Below, in pieces: positions 36,985-49,309 of a stretch of 64,000 nt of DNA. Location of the stretch: positions 683,803 through 747,802 of the forward strand of contig ML996687.1 of assembly GCA_010356995.1 (NCBI GenBank), given 5' to 3'. A program made the translations under genes and the position numbers. Source of the DNA: Trichodelitschia bisporula (taxonomy: Eukaryota). Every line of letters starts with the position of its first letter. Position 1 is the first letter of the stretch. The notes below the pieces were generated by a model. That model was not told where the DNA came from. It saw only the letters and a program-made list of their open reading frames with translations, and ran no database searches.

Positions 36985-37530
36985 AGATACGGGGATGCGT
37001 GGTTGTGGCTTTGAGGTTCTCGTTAACTGTTACTCACGGTTTTGAAGACCTCGATCGCATTCACGGATACGAATTCACGGGGGATTCGAATGGGCTCAAG
37101 CCTCACATCCGTGGATGCGTAGTCGTGGTTGTGGCGAGTATCTCTCGTCGACTATTGCTCACGGGGTTGTAGGCATCAAACGCATTCACCCGCATGGATT
37201 CACGGGGAAGCGTCACTCGAGGCCGAAAGTGGCATTGTTTGCTCAATGGCCTTATCGATTGAACATGCAATTCGCAATCAATTCCACGGTATTCATCTCA
37301 TCGCCCATCTCGAGTCCTATCCGAACAGCTTGTCTCAAACACCTCACATCGCGGTTTCAGAGGAATCAAGCGAATCCACGGGGATGAATCCAGGAAGAGT
37401 CATCACTCGAGCCTACAATGGCCTTGTTGACTGAATGTGCGATTCGTAAACAGTTCTATTGTTCTATGTACTCACCTCGCCGTCGCCCATCTCGAGTCCG
37501 ATCCAAGCAACTATTCTCGAACGATTCAGA
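36985..37530. repeat. Degenerate direct repeats (two copies of a ~125-bp unit, then two copies of a ~180-bp unit)
   Basis: GGATGCGT..GTGGTTGTGGC at about 36993 and 37113; ATTCACGGGG at about 37073 and 37198; TCGCCCATCTCGAGTCC identical at 37301 and 37483; TCACTCGAG and CAATGGCCTT each occur twice. Confidence 0.75.
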
Positions 37531-37757
37531 AAGCGCCATCCCATGATCCAGAATCTCATAACTCACTGTCTCTCTCTTTGTCTACCTTTAAAATGTTCCA
37601 CTCACTACTTCTCCCTTCCCTTCCCATCCTATCACTACCGCGCTCACTAACTTATCACTCTCTCCATCACTACTTTCCACATGAAACACCATATAACTTA
37701 CCGCTTCTGCTACCTCCTCCCCCCCTCCCCGCCATCATCACCACTATCACCACAATC

Positions 37758-39038
37758 ATGCCTCGCCGCCCACAGACTCGAGACTATAAAGTCGCCAGCA
37801 CAGCCCAACTCATCGGGCAATCTTTCGACCCAGCACTCCCCACCGTTGCGCCACGCGTCACCAACAATGCTCCATCCCGAGCATCCTCGATGCGCAGCGC
37901 CGCAACCCCCACACCGGGCCCTTCATCCCGAGGCCCCACGCCCACGCGGGCCGCCTCCACCCGAAGACCCAGCCTCTCATCATCCAGAGACACAACCCCC
38001 TTCCATCCCTCCAGCGCACCCACCCGCGGGTCCAGCCCGCGCGTGCGCTGGGCCCCCGATCCACCCCGTCACGCTACCCCCGCACCTCTTCCCGAGCGCG
38101 CAATCTCGCCGCCCCGTCTTCCCATGCCCACGCACAAGGTCGACCTGCTAAGCCTCGCCTTCGCCTCGCGTGCGCAAACCCACCTCTCTCTCTCACCCTC
38201 CACATTCACCCCCCAACCCCCCTCCACCTCCCACCCCCTGACCCTCCACTCCCCAATCCGCGCCTACATCGCACCGCTCCGCGCCGTCGCCCTCGCAGAC
38301 CCCAAGCTCCCAGGCCAACCCCTGAAATACGCATCGGGCAACTTTCGACTCCCGGACGCAGGACTGCGCCTCGGGTCATGTGCGTTCTTAAACCTCCCGC
38401 CCAAGGACGAGGGGCGCGAACTCAGGGTCGAAGTTGACAGGGACGGACATCCGCGGTTTGTGTTTACCGTGTGGAGGGAGTGTAGGGATGGGCCGGAGAC
38501 GGGGCGGGCGGTGAGATTTGTCCTTGCCGGACAGACGGATGTGAGTGATGCTATTAGGCAGCTTGCGGTGCAGGAGCATTGGATTGATGTCATGTCGCCC
38601 GAGAAGGGGAGGAAGTGGAGGAGTGAGTATGCGGGGAGTGTGGATTGGCCTGGAGTTGGGGCGGATGGGGACAGCCCGGCGAGTGAGTCTGGAGACGGAC
38701 CGTCGCCTCAGGCGGTGCGGTTCGTTCTCTTCCTGCGAGAGCTGGAGCGCTTGCACGAGCGGGCTTTCGTTCTCGCACCGGCGCCGGAAGGCGGGTTCGA
38801 GACGGTGCTGTTCACGCGCGGGATGACAGGATTGGAGCCCTGGCTCGGCACGCTGGTCGATTCCTGGGTCGAAGGGCTGAAGGACCCGAGCGAGAAGATT
38901 AAGGGGCGCCTGAAGAGCGGGGAGAGGGTTTATGCCGTTCGCGTGGGCGAGGGGAAAAGTTGGTGGGTCAGCTTCCTTGTGGAGCGTGGAGCCGGCGAGA
39001 TCTGGAATGGGGATGGAGAGTGGCCTTCTGCGATATAG
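37758..39038 (+). CDS. Protein with Pro/Ser-rich N-terminus, degenerate LOV/PAS-like domain and C-terminal globular domain
   Basis: Long ORF; the probable start is MPRRPQTRDY. The segment VALADPKLPGQPLKYASGNF..GSCAFLN..DRDGHP..VRFVLAGQTDVS aligns by eye with the LOV consensus. Confidence 0.75.
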   Translation: MPRRPQTRDYKVASTAQLIGQSFDPALPTVAPRVTNNAPSRASSMRSAATPTPGPSSRGPTPTRAASTRRPSLSSSRDTTPFHPSSAPTRGSSPRVRWAPDPPRHATPAPLPERAISPPRLPMPTHKVDLLSLAFASRAQTHLSLSPSTFTPQPPSTSHPLTLHSPIRAYIAPLRAVALADPKLPGQPLKYASGNFRLPDAGLRLGSCAFLNLPPKDEGRELRVEVDRDGHPRFVFTVWRECRDGPETGRAVRFVLAGQTDVSDAIRQLAVQEHWIDVMSPEKGRKWRSEYAGSVDWPGVGADGDSPASESGDGPSPQAVRFVLFLRELERLHERAFVLAPAPEGGFETVLFTRGMTGLEPWLGTLVDSWVEGLKDPSEKIKGRLKSGERVYAVRVGEGKSWWVSFLVERGAGEIWNGDGEWPSAI

Positions 39039-39091
39039 GGGGTCTGGAGAAGTTTGGGGGGCCGGATGGTGGCCCCTCTGGTTAGATTCGC

Positions 39092-39440
39092 AATGGATGG
39101 TTTCTGCTTTGGACATTGATGCAATTAGTGATTGTCGTGATAAAAGAGTGCGCTGTGGACCGTTATGCGCTGGCCGTTTGGACTTCTTGGGAAGTGTTGC
39201 TGGATCAACAATGGATGGCTTTTGCTCTGAGTGCTGTTGCAGTTAGTGATGCTGTTACAAAGAGAGCATGCTGTAAGGCGCTGTGTGCCGTCCATCTGGA
39301 CGTCTCTGTGAGTGCCGGCTGCACAACGATGGATGGCTTTTTGGGTTCTGATACTGATAGTGATGCCGCGACAAAGAGAGCATTCAGTAGGCCGCTATGC
39401 ATCGTGCCCCTGGGCTTTATGGAAAGCGCTGCTTGCCTTG
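39092..39440. repeat. Three degenerate ~118-bp tandem repeats
   Basis: ATGGATGG at 39092, 39211 and 39329, each followed by TAGTGAT..A(C/T)AAA(G/A)..AG..TG. Confidence 0.8.
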
Positions 39441-41764
39441 TTACTGAGTTTCTGGCAAGTTCATTCCACCCGGCTCCTGACAGTAGGGGAACTTGGTGGC
39501 TTCTCCTACTGCACTGTTTGGACATGATCCTGGTGCTGGGCTCCGGGGCTCGATCTTGAGTTGCTTAATACCGTGAGTAAACTCCGCTGCGTCGCATAGG
39601 ATCCCGCTTGGCATGTGGGCCATCCTCATGGCGCCAGGCAACAACAGAACACCAGCTTCGTACATTCTGAAACCATGATTCATTAGTGTTGCGACCATAC
39701 ACGGCTTGATAGCGACGGAGAAAGGTTTAGTCCGGCTCGGTCCGCAGTCGAAAAGGGAGATACTCCACGCTATACATACCGACGGCATTAAGGGTGAGCG
39801 CGTGCCTATTTCCATAGCCTGGGAAACATGCTTGGAAGCCCATGGAAATGCATAGAAGCTAGTGGTCCGCCAGCAAAGGGGAGAGTCAGGATGATACCGA
39901 AGGAGAAGCAATCGGCTTTGGGTCATTGGATGTCATGTAGAAAGCGACCTCGTATTGATTTCATCACTTCTGTTACCTATGTGGTCAGTCTCACTGCCAA
40001 TCGCCATCGCAAAGATAAGTGACGCGACTCAACTCAAGCGAGAATGTCTTTCTCTATCGCCATATGACAGTCTGTCGTCAGCCCCTATGCAGATCAGGCA
40101 CCCAGCTTTGAACGGAGAGGTTGCTGTGTACGGAGTAATCAACGAAGTCAGCGTCGTTACGAGCTGGTCAACAACCAGTCAAGCCCACTGACCATTGGCT
40201 CGTTCGCAGCTCAAACGACCGCCGACACTCGTCCGCCACGTGCCGGACTAAACCCCACGCACCAAACCTGTCGAGACGCGACGTTTTACAGCTTCAAGAT
40301 GGCGATTAGATATTTCTCCGTAGAATCTTCGACGCCTCCATTATTCACAGATTGCGCGGGAAGCGCCCTATGTCACAATCCCGCAGCGTCGCAGATCTAG
40401 GCCTCCCTTCATGCATGCGCGGGTTTACTTGGGGTTGTTGCCCAATGACGCGGGTTGCGGGGCCTTTTCTCTCCGGCTCTTGGACTTGGCACATTGAGAT
40501 ACCCAACCTGGCTTCGTTTTGGCTGGGCGTTGGCGGAGATAGCAGTATTTACGTCGTTCGTTGTGATAGGGCACTGTTAGAAGGGACGTGATGCAGTGCT
40601 GGCTGCTTGAATGGTGGGAGGATGTGTGGCAACGCGCGAAGCGTTAGGGCTAGAACTGAATGTTGTGGACGTCGGGGCTCTTGACTGTGTGTGTCGATGG
40701 AACAGTCATCCCGCTCGGAGTACGGATGTAAAGATGCACCTTTCCAGCTCACTTCAGCCCGAGTGACGGGGCCCGAACACGAGCACCGTCCACTCATAAG
40801 CCAGTCATCCAGCTCTGCGGGGTGCCCGATAGCTGGAGTACTACGTAGCAGAAACAGAGTGATGAGCGTGAATCTTGGGGTGTCAGAGGATAAGAAAGAT
40901 GCATGGAAAATAGGACAGTCAATAGCGATACGAGGGACGAAAGTGGGGCCCTGGAGTCACGGCCGCTCACCGTACGCACGATGATGCAAATCGTCTCTCA
41001 AACGCCGTTCTCAGCCAATATCAACAACACACACACCAGCCCTCGGGTATCTCTTCGTCCTCTACCTCCGTGCGGAGTAGAACTAGTGTCCGCTGTGGTT
41101 GTTGCCCGATTCCCCCCTACGGTGCCAGTCGACCGGGCCGCACCGGCGTTAGACTGGCTCCCAGTCCTTAGCCCCGCGCTACGATCGTAATTCTTTCAAT
41201 CTCGCTAACATGCCCCAAGCTCCTTCTTCAGCCGCTAGCCAGGATCTTGCACCCCAATCGCGTTGGTAAGGGTGCATTCCGGACTCCAGGTCTGACGCTA
41301 GGGTTCAGCCTTACCGCTGCAGAGGTGCGGTGTCCGCGTACGGAGGAAGGCGAGGCATGGTGTTTGTTGGTGCAACGCGGAGATAGGCTGCAGTGTATGG
41401 GAATCGATGCCTTGGGGAGCGTAGTGCTTACACATCGGTGTATGGGCAAGTTGTGTGGCTGTTTTGAGCGGCCGGACGAGAGTCGGCGGGGTTGTCTTGA
41501 GTCCGTTGCTTGATTGCGCTTGCTTTGTGTGAGAGAGGTGGTAGACTGGTCTGGTACCGAGCTGGGGGCACGGAGGGTATATATCCTCCTCGACTGTGTA
41601 AGACCCACACCATCCTTCTCTTCGGATTACAATTCGTTCTGCACTTAGCCTTCCGACTTGTTCCTTCCGATCTTCATCCTCTTTATACTCTCATAACCTT
41701 CCGTCCTCATCCCATTTGTTCTTTCCTCCCTTTGTTATCGTCTCCCCCCTTTTGGGTTGCTGCA

Positions 41765-43582
41765 ATGGATTCCAAAGAACGCGACGGCTTAGCCGTACCC
41801 CCCACGGCCTCTGGCCTCGTCACGCCCTCTGACATGAGCGTCATGGATGAGAAGGACCGTGAAAGCATGACGAAAGACACCCTCAGCATGGATCGCGCCG
41901 ACAGCGTGGAAAAGGCTGAGACGGTGGTGGACCAACCTGATGATGCTGTGTACCCGACGTCATGGAAGCTGATGAGCATCCTCTTCGCCCTGGTCCTCTC
42001 CATCTTCCTCGTGGCACTTGATATGGTGAGCGACAACTCCCAATTGGACGCTTGAACAGTGGCTGACGGATCCAGACGATTGTCGCGACTGCCATCCCCC
42101 GCATCACCGATCAGTTCAAAAGTCTCGACGACGTCGGATGGTACGGCTCAGCTTTCTTCCTGACTGTCGCTTCCTTCCAGTCGACCTGGGGCAAGGCCTA
42201 CAAGTACTTTCCGCTTAAGACTTCGTTTCTGGTCGCCATCGCCATCTTCGAAGTCGGCAGCCTGATCTGCGCTGTCGCCAACAGCAGTGTCACCCTCATC
42301 GTCGGCCGTGCCCTTGCCGGAGCCGGTGGCGCGGGTATCGCTTCCGGGTGCTACACCATCATCGCCTTCTCCGCGCCGCCTAAGAAGGCCGGTGCGCTGA
42401 CGGGTGTCCTCGGTGCCGTGTACTCGGTTGCCTCCGTCATCGGCCCATTGCTCGGTGGTGTCTTCACCGACAAGCTGTCATGGCGCTGGTGGTAAGTGTC
42501 CCCATAACCCTTCTTAACGTACACAGCTAACCCGAGACAGCTTCTACATCAACCTGCCAATTGGTGGTGCTGCCGTCATCCTCATCTTCTTCACCTTCCA
42601 GACCCCTCCGCACGCTAAGCCGCAGCAAGCGACGCTGAAGGAAAAGTTCCTGCAGATGGATCCGGCGGGCACCCTCATCCTCATGGCCTCCTTCATCTGC
42701 CTGATCCTCGTGCTGCAATGGGGCGGCGTCAGCAAGGCCTGGAACTCCTCGGAGATAATCGGTCTGCTCGTCGGCTTCGGCCTGATCCTCGCGCTCTTCA
42801 TCGTCAACGAGTTCTACCAAGGCGACCGCGCGCTCATCGTGCCGCGCCTGGTCAAGAACCGCACCATCACACTCATGTCGCTGTTCCAGGTCTTCAACTC
42901 CGGCGTCTTCCTCATGCTCATGTACTACCTGCCCATCTATTTCCAGGTGGCGCGCGGCGTGTCGGCCTCCCAGTCCGGCATCCGCAATCTGCCGTACGTG
43001 CTGGGCGTCGGTCTCTTCACTATGGTGTCCGGTGCCGCTGTCTCGATGACGGGCCACTACCTCCCGGCCATGGTGGCCGGTGCGACACTCGGCACAATCG
43101 GCACGGGCCTCATCTTCACGCTCGACGTTAATTCGTCTCCGGGCAAGTGGATCGGGTACCAGGCGCTGGCGGGCATCGGTCTCGGGCTCGGAATCCAGAT
43201 CCCGATCATCGTCTCGCAAAGCATGGTTCACGTGTCGGATATCAGCAGCATAAACGCCATTGAGATCTTCTTCCAGACGATTTCGGGCGCCGTGTTCGTG
43301 TCCGTCGGGCAGAGCATCTTCAGCAACAAGCTCATTGGCGAGGTGCACCGGCGGTTGCCGGATATCAACCCCCAAATGGTGGTTGCGACTGGCGCTACTG
43401 AGCTGCGGAAAGTTTTCGATGCGAAGACGCTGCCGCAGGTGATTGCCAGTTACATGGGGGGTCTTCAGGATGCGTACGCCTTGGGCGTTGCGCTTGGGGC
43501 GGCGGCCTCGGTGGTGGCGGTCGTTGCTGTTATCATTGATCGGCGACGGATAACACCCGGTGCTATTGCGGCAGCGGGCTAA
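41765..43582 (+). CDS. MFS 14-TM drug:H+ antiporter (DHA2; AflT/ToxA/GliA-like); introns 42026-42075 and about 42492-42540
   Basis: [77 protein letters not shown]. Confidence 0.95.
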
Positions 43583-44054
43583 ATAACATTGGGACGGCGT
43601 TGTAGTAATTTTGTTTGCATATACTGGTTTAGACTTAGCATCAAGACTGAATGAGCGGGCATAGAATGAGCGATTCTCAGCTTATGTCGTTCGAAGGGGG
43701 GTTGCTGCATAATTTGTACTTAATAATACGAGGTTCATGTTCAATCTTGACTTTCGTTTCGCTTTGTGAGGAGAAAACTTGAAGTGATTAAATGGAGAGT
43801 GAGTGAAGTCATCACGAGATGATAAGCAGGGATGGAAAATCACGCCACGGGCTTCGCAGGCATCAGTCCAGAAGGCATGCTAACCACCAAGTACAAGCAT
43901 CGTGACCAACATAGTACAGTATACCGGAACAGAGAGTCGAAAATAAGGGAGGAACGGCTCTGGTTATAAGAATCGGTCAGGAAGAGCTTCTCCGAAGCTG
44001 ACAGCGCCTAATTCGACCTCCCACCTCCCCTCTCAGCACCGCAATATCCCCACC

Positions 44055-44833
44055 ATGAAAGCCAACGCCAACACCGGCAAGCCCACCAGTTCCAAACCCT
44101 CACCAATCTAACACCCCCAGCCGTCCTAACCCCCGCCATAACCCTCGTCCCTTACAGCCCGCATCATGTACCAACCTACCACACATGGATGGCCGATCCC
44201 GCCCTGCAGGCCGCAACGGCCTCAGAACCCCTCACACTGGACCAAGAACACGCCATGCAACACTCCTGGCGCCTGGACCGAGACAAACTAACCTTCATCC
44301 TCTGCCTCCCGCTTGCCGGCCCAGAAGCAGCAGACATCGACCTGCTCCCATCCCAGGCCGACGTCCCTGACCGCATGGTGGGCGACGTGAACCTCTTCCT
44401 CGAGTCCCTGGACCCAGAGGACGTGTGCCCGGAGCTCGCAGCGGCAAATCGGTGCAAAGCCGGGACCACGCCCGTGCCCATCGCCGGCGAACTGGAGATC
44501 ATGATCGCATCTCCAGCCCAGCGCCGCCGCGGGCTCGGCCGGGCGGCCCTGCTTGCGTTTCTGTGGTATGTGCGGACGCACCTGGTTCTGCTGTTAGAGG
44601 AGTATGAGCCGTCTGGCGGTGCGTGGCTCGTGTATTTGCGCGTGCGCATCGGGGCGGAGAACACGGGGAGCATCGCGTTATTCGAGGGGCTGGGGTTTGA
44701 GCGGGTGCCTGGAGGGCCGAATTACTTTGGCGAAGAGGAGTTGCGCCTCGATACCGGGAAAGGGTGGTGGGAGCGGGTGGTGGAGCGGGTAGGGTGGGAG
44801 AAGCCGCGCGAAGTCAGGTATGATGAATACTAA
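44055..44833 (+). CDS. NAT9: GNAT N-acetyltransferase 9-like; GC-AG intron 44077-44120
   Basis: MKANANT|AVLT..LVPYSPHHVPTYHTWMADPALQAATASEPLTL..MQHSW..DKLTFI, MVGDVNLFL, GELEIMIA..RRRGLG, SIALFEGLGF. Confidence 0.9.
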
Positions 44834-44947
44834 GTGATGACGAAAGGGTATGCTATATGGCACTACGGAGTACGGTCTATGCTGCAAGGCCTATATTCGC
44901 CGTGTCCAACTCCACTGTACGCCCACCTGCCTGCCTGCCTAGCCGCG

Positions 44948-46216
44948 CTACAGCTTCTGGTACTCCAGCTTGCCCTCGAGCTTCTTCGTCTCGGCCATCT
45001 TGCGCACGGCCTTGTTGAAGTCGTCCTGTGTTATCGACTCGCGGTAGTCCTTGATCGCGAACAAGCCGCTGTGATAGTCAGCCTTGCGTTTTGCACTTGA
45101 CCACGGTAAACTCACGCCTCAGTGACCACGTTCCGCAGATCCGCTCCGTTGAATCCATCGCTCATCTTGACAATGCTCTCAAAATCAATTTCCCCGTCTG
45201 TCCGCACACCCGCCGCGTGAATCTTCATAATCTCCAGCCGGCCCACCTCGTTCGGCAGCGGGATTTCGATCTTACGGTCCAAGCGACCGGCACGTAGCAG
45301 CGCGGGATCCAGCGTGTCAGGCCGGTTGGTCGCCATGATGATCTTCGTCTTGCCCAGGTAATCGAACCCGTCCAGCTGGTTCAGCAACTCCATGAGAGTA
45401 CGCTGAATTTCTCGATCGGCCGATGTGCCCTCGGAGAAGCGCCGGCCACCGATGGCGTCGATTTCGTCCATGAAGATGATACACGGTTCATGCTCCTTGG
45501 CGTAACCGAACATCTCGCGAATCAAGCGCGCCGACTCGCCAATGTACTTGTCAACGATGGCGGAAGAGACGACTTTCAGGAAGTTCGTCTCAAGACTGCT
45601 CGCCACGGCGCGTGCTAGCAGCGTCTTGCCCGTCCCCGGGGGCCCGTACAGCAGCACGCCCTTAGGCGGCTTGATGCCGACCCGTAGGAAGAGTTCTGGG
45701 TTCTTGAGCGGTAGCTCGATGACCTCACGCAGCTCGCGAATCTGCTCGTTAAGACCACCGATGCCACCGAAGCTGACCTGACCCGGATCTTCCAGCGACA
45801 TGTTGTACACCAACGGGTCGACTTCGCGCGGTAGCATACGCATGATTGTGAGGGTCGTCATGTCGAGGGCGACGCGCGTGCCCTGCTTCAGCTTCGCTTT
45901 GTCGACCTTTGAACGGCAGCCGACGACGTAGCGAGGGCCAGAAGAAGCCTTGACGATGACTGTGCGGAGTTAGTGAGGTGTCTATAATGCAGGATGGAGA
46001 CTAACATCTCTCATCATCAAGCTGCTTCAGAACCTCGCCAACGATTTGGCCCACGCTTTGCAGTGCTTTGATATTATCTTCGGACAGGTCATACTCCTGC
46101 TGCAGTCCCCTGATATCCTGGCGCAGCGTCTTCAACTTGGCCTCCCATTCTCTTGACTCTAGAAGCTTGGTCTTGTATTCCTGGAGAGCGCGTTGCCGGT
46201 CGGTATCGCCACTCAT
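44948..46216 (-). CDS. RPT4: 26S proteasome AAA-ATPase Rpt4 (PSMC6); 2 introns
   Basis: [68 protein letters not shown]-terminal [10 protein letters not shown]. Confidence 0.98.
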
Positions 46217-47169
46217 TGTGCTGGACGTATCCGAATGGCGGGAGAGTGTAAGTGCAAAGAGGGTAGGTGGATGGCTTCTGGGGTACCACTTTATGGGAGA
46301 GGAGACGTATTACGTGGCGATGGGCGTGCGGTGTGATGGCGGTGCAGTTCGGTGGGTGAGCTCAAGCTAAGTTCCATGTGCATCGTCGGGGCCCTGTTGG
46401 GTGCCTCGCAGATGGTGATGTAAGCCTAAGGCACCACATTAAGTTACTGCCAAGGAAAGGTGTAGTCACGTGCTTTGTAGCTTAATGCCTCGATGCCTTC
46501 AGCAATGCTGCCTTGCGGCCTCAGCAAAATGATGGGATGATCTCCTTTTGCTCTCAACTTCCCATCCCAACTATGACGCGACTTGGCCCAATAGAGCATC
46601 GCCAACTTCAAGTGCCGATCCAATGGGCAATCTGGATGCTCCCAGATCCCAGTGCGAACCATTAGCACTGAGTGGATTGCCCGTGGGGGACGGAAGTGAG
46701 GGGTTTCCAACGAAGAGCGAACCAAGCAAGACATCGACCCCACCCTTCGCTCGTAAAAAGAACCCCGCCAAAGGGCGACAAACAGTCACCCTCCAACCTT
46801 CTTCGACCTCTCCTCATCTTCATACAACCTCTAAAGCAAGGCTTTTTCGACTACTTTCCATCATCTTCACGCAATTGACGGCTACACGGAAGCTTCAAGG
46901 TTTAATTAAAGGCGAGTTGCGGCCTGCTTCCTAGCTTCCCCGAGTAGTTTTCGCCTTGCTCCGAGACATAAAGCTTTCGATCCATCTCCCCCCATCCCCA
47001 CCCAAGCCTTATCATCACCCATAGCTGCTTTTTTCTTCCGAAACCTTTTACCACCACAGCTGACGGTCCAAATTTGCAGCACCCTGCGTCATTTGTTCAT
47101 CGAATGTGAGCTGCTTTCATATTTAGGGAGCTCGACCCCGAGCTCTCGCTCAAGGAAGCCCCCCTCTGA

Positions 47170-48747
<1,578 letters not shown>

Positions 48748-49309
48748 ATCAAACCTGGAGTTTGGTGGCCCGTATGCGGTGACTGTAGCCTACCAGGCGA
48801 GGCATGTTGACTGGTGGCGGGTTAGACAAAAGAATATCAGGACGAACAGCCTTCCGGCGAATTGGCGGCACAAGCCCTCTAGATGTGCGGCCATATATCC
48901 GCAATCTCTAGGTAGCTCCGTGTGCAACTGAATGGCAGCCGCTTGGAAATTGACGGGATGCGATGTCTTGGTCCGTAAGCCTGTGAAGTGCGGGGAAATC
49001 CCCTTTCTGCTGTCCCACTAACGATTCTTGCGCGAGAATTGCATTCCGCGGATTTGATATTGTTGTTCTCATTCCACGCGCTGCCAACTTCGCCAGCATT
49101 CCGGCACCGAGCAGCGCGCTGATGACCACGTCGACCCTAGACGCAAGCGTGAGCGCATAAATCTGGCTCCCTGCAGAATCGATTGCGGCTTTGGCCATTC
49201 TACACTCGCTCACCTGGTCGCCACTCATTTAGCCGCCTCCGAGGCCAGTCGTTCATTACCTTCGCTCATTACCTTTTTTCTTTCGCGTTTCATCAGTCAT
49301 TCGTACACC

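Noticed and set aside
39092..39440. Repeat arrays as CRISPR-like or transposon termini
   Set aside because: Eukaryotic context; units are diverged along their whole length with no repeat-spacer pattern, TIRs, TSDs or transposase.
39500..44833. MFS pump plus acetyltransferase as a secondary-metabolite cluster
   Set aside because: No PKS, NRPS, terpene synthase or cluster TF nearby; NAT9, RPT4 and ENO1 are housekeeping genes.
44948..44965. RPT4 C-terminal QKL as a possible PTS1
   Set aside because: It is the normal conserved Rpt4 tail (LEYQKL) used in proteasome assembly.
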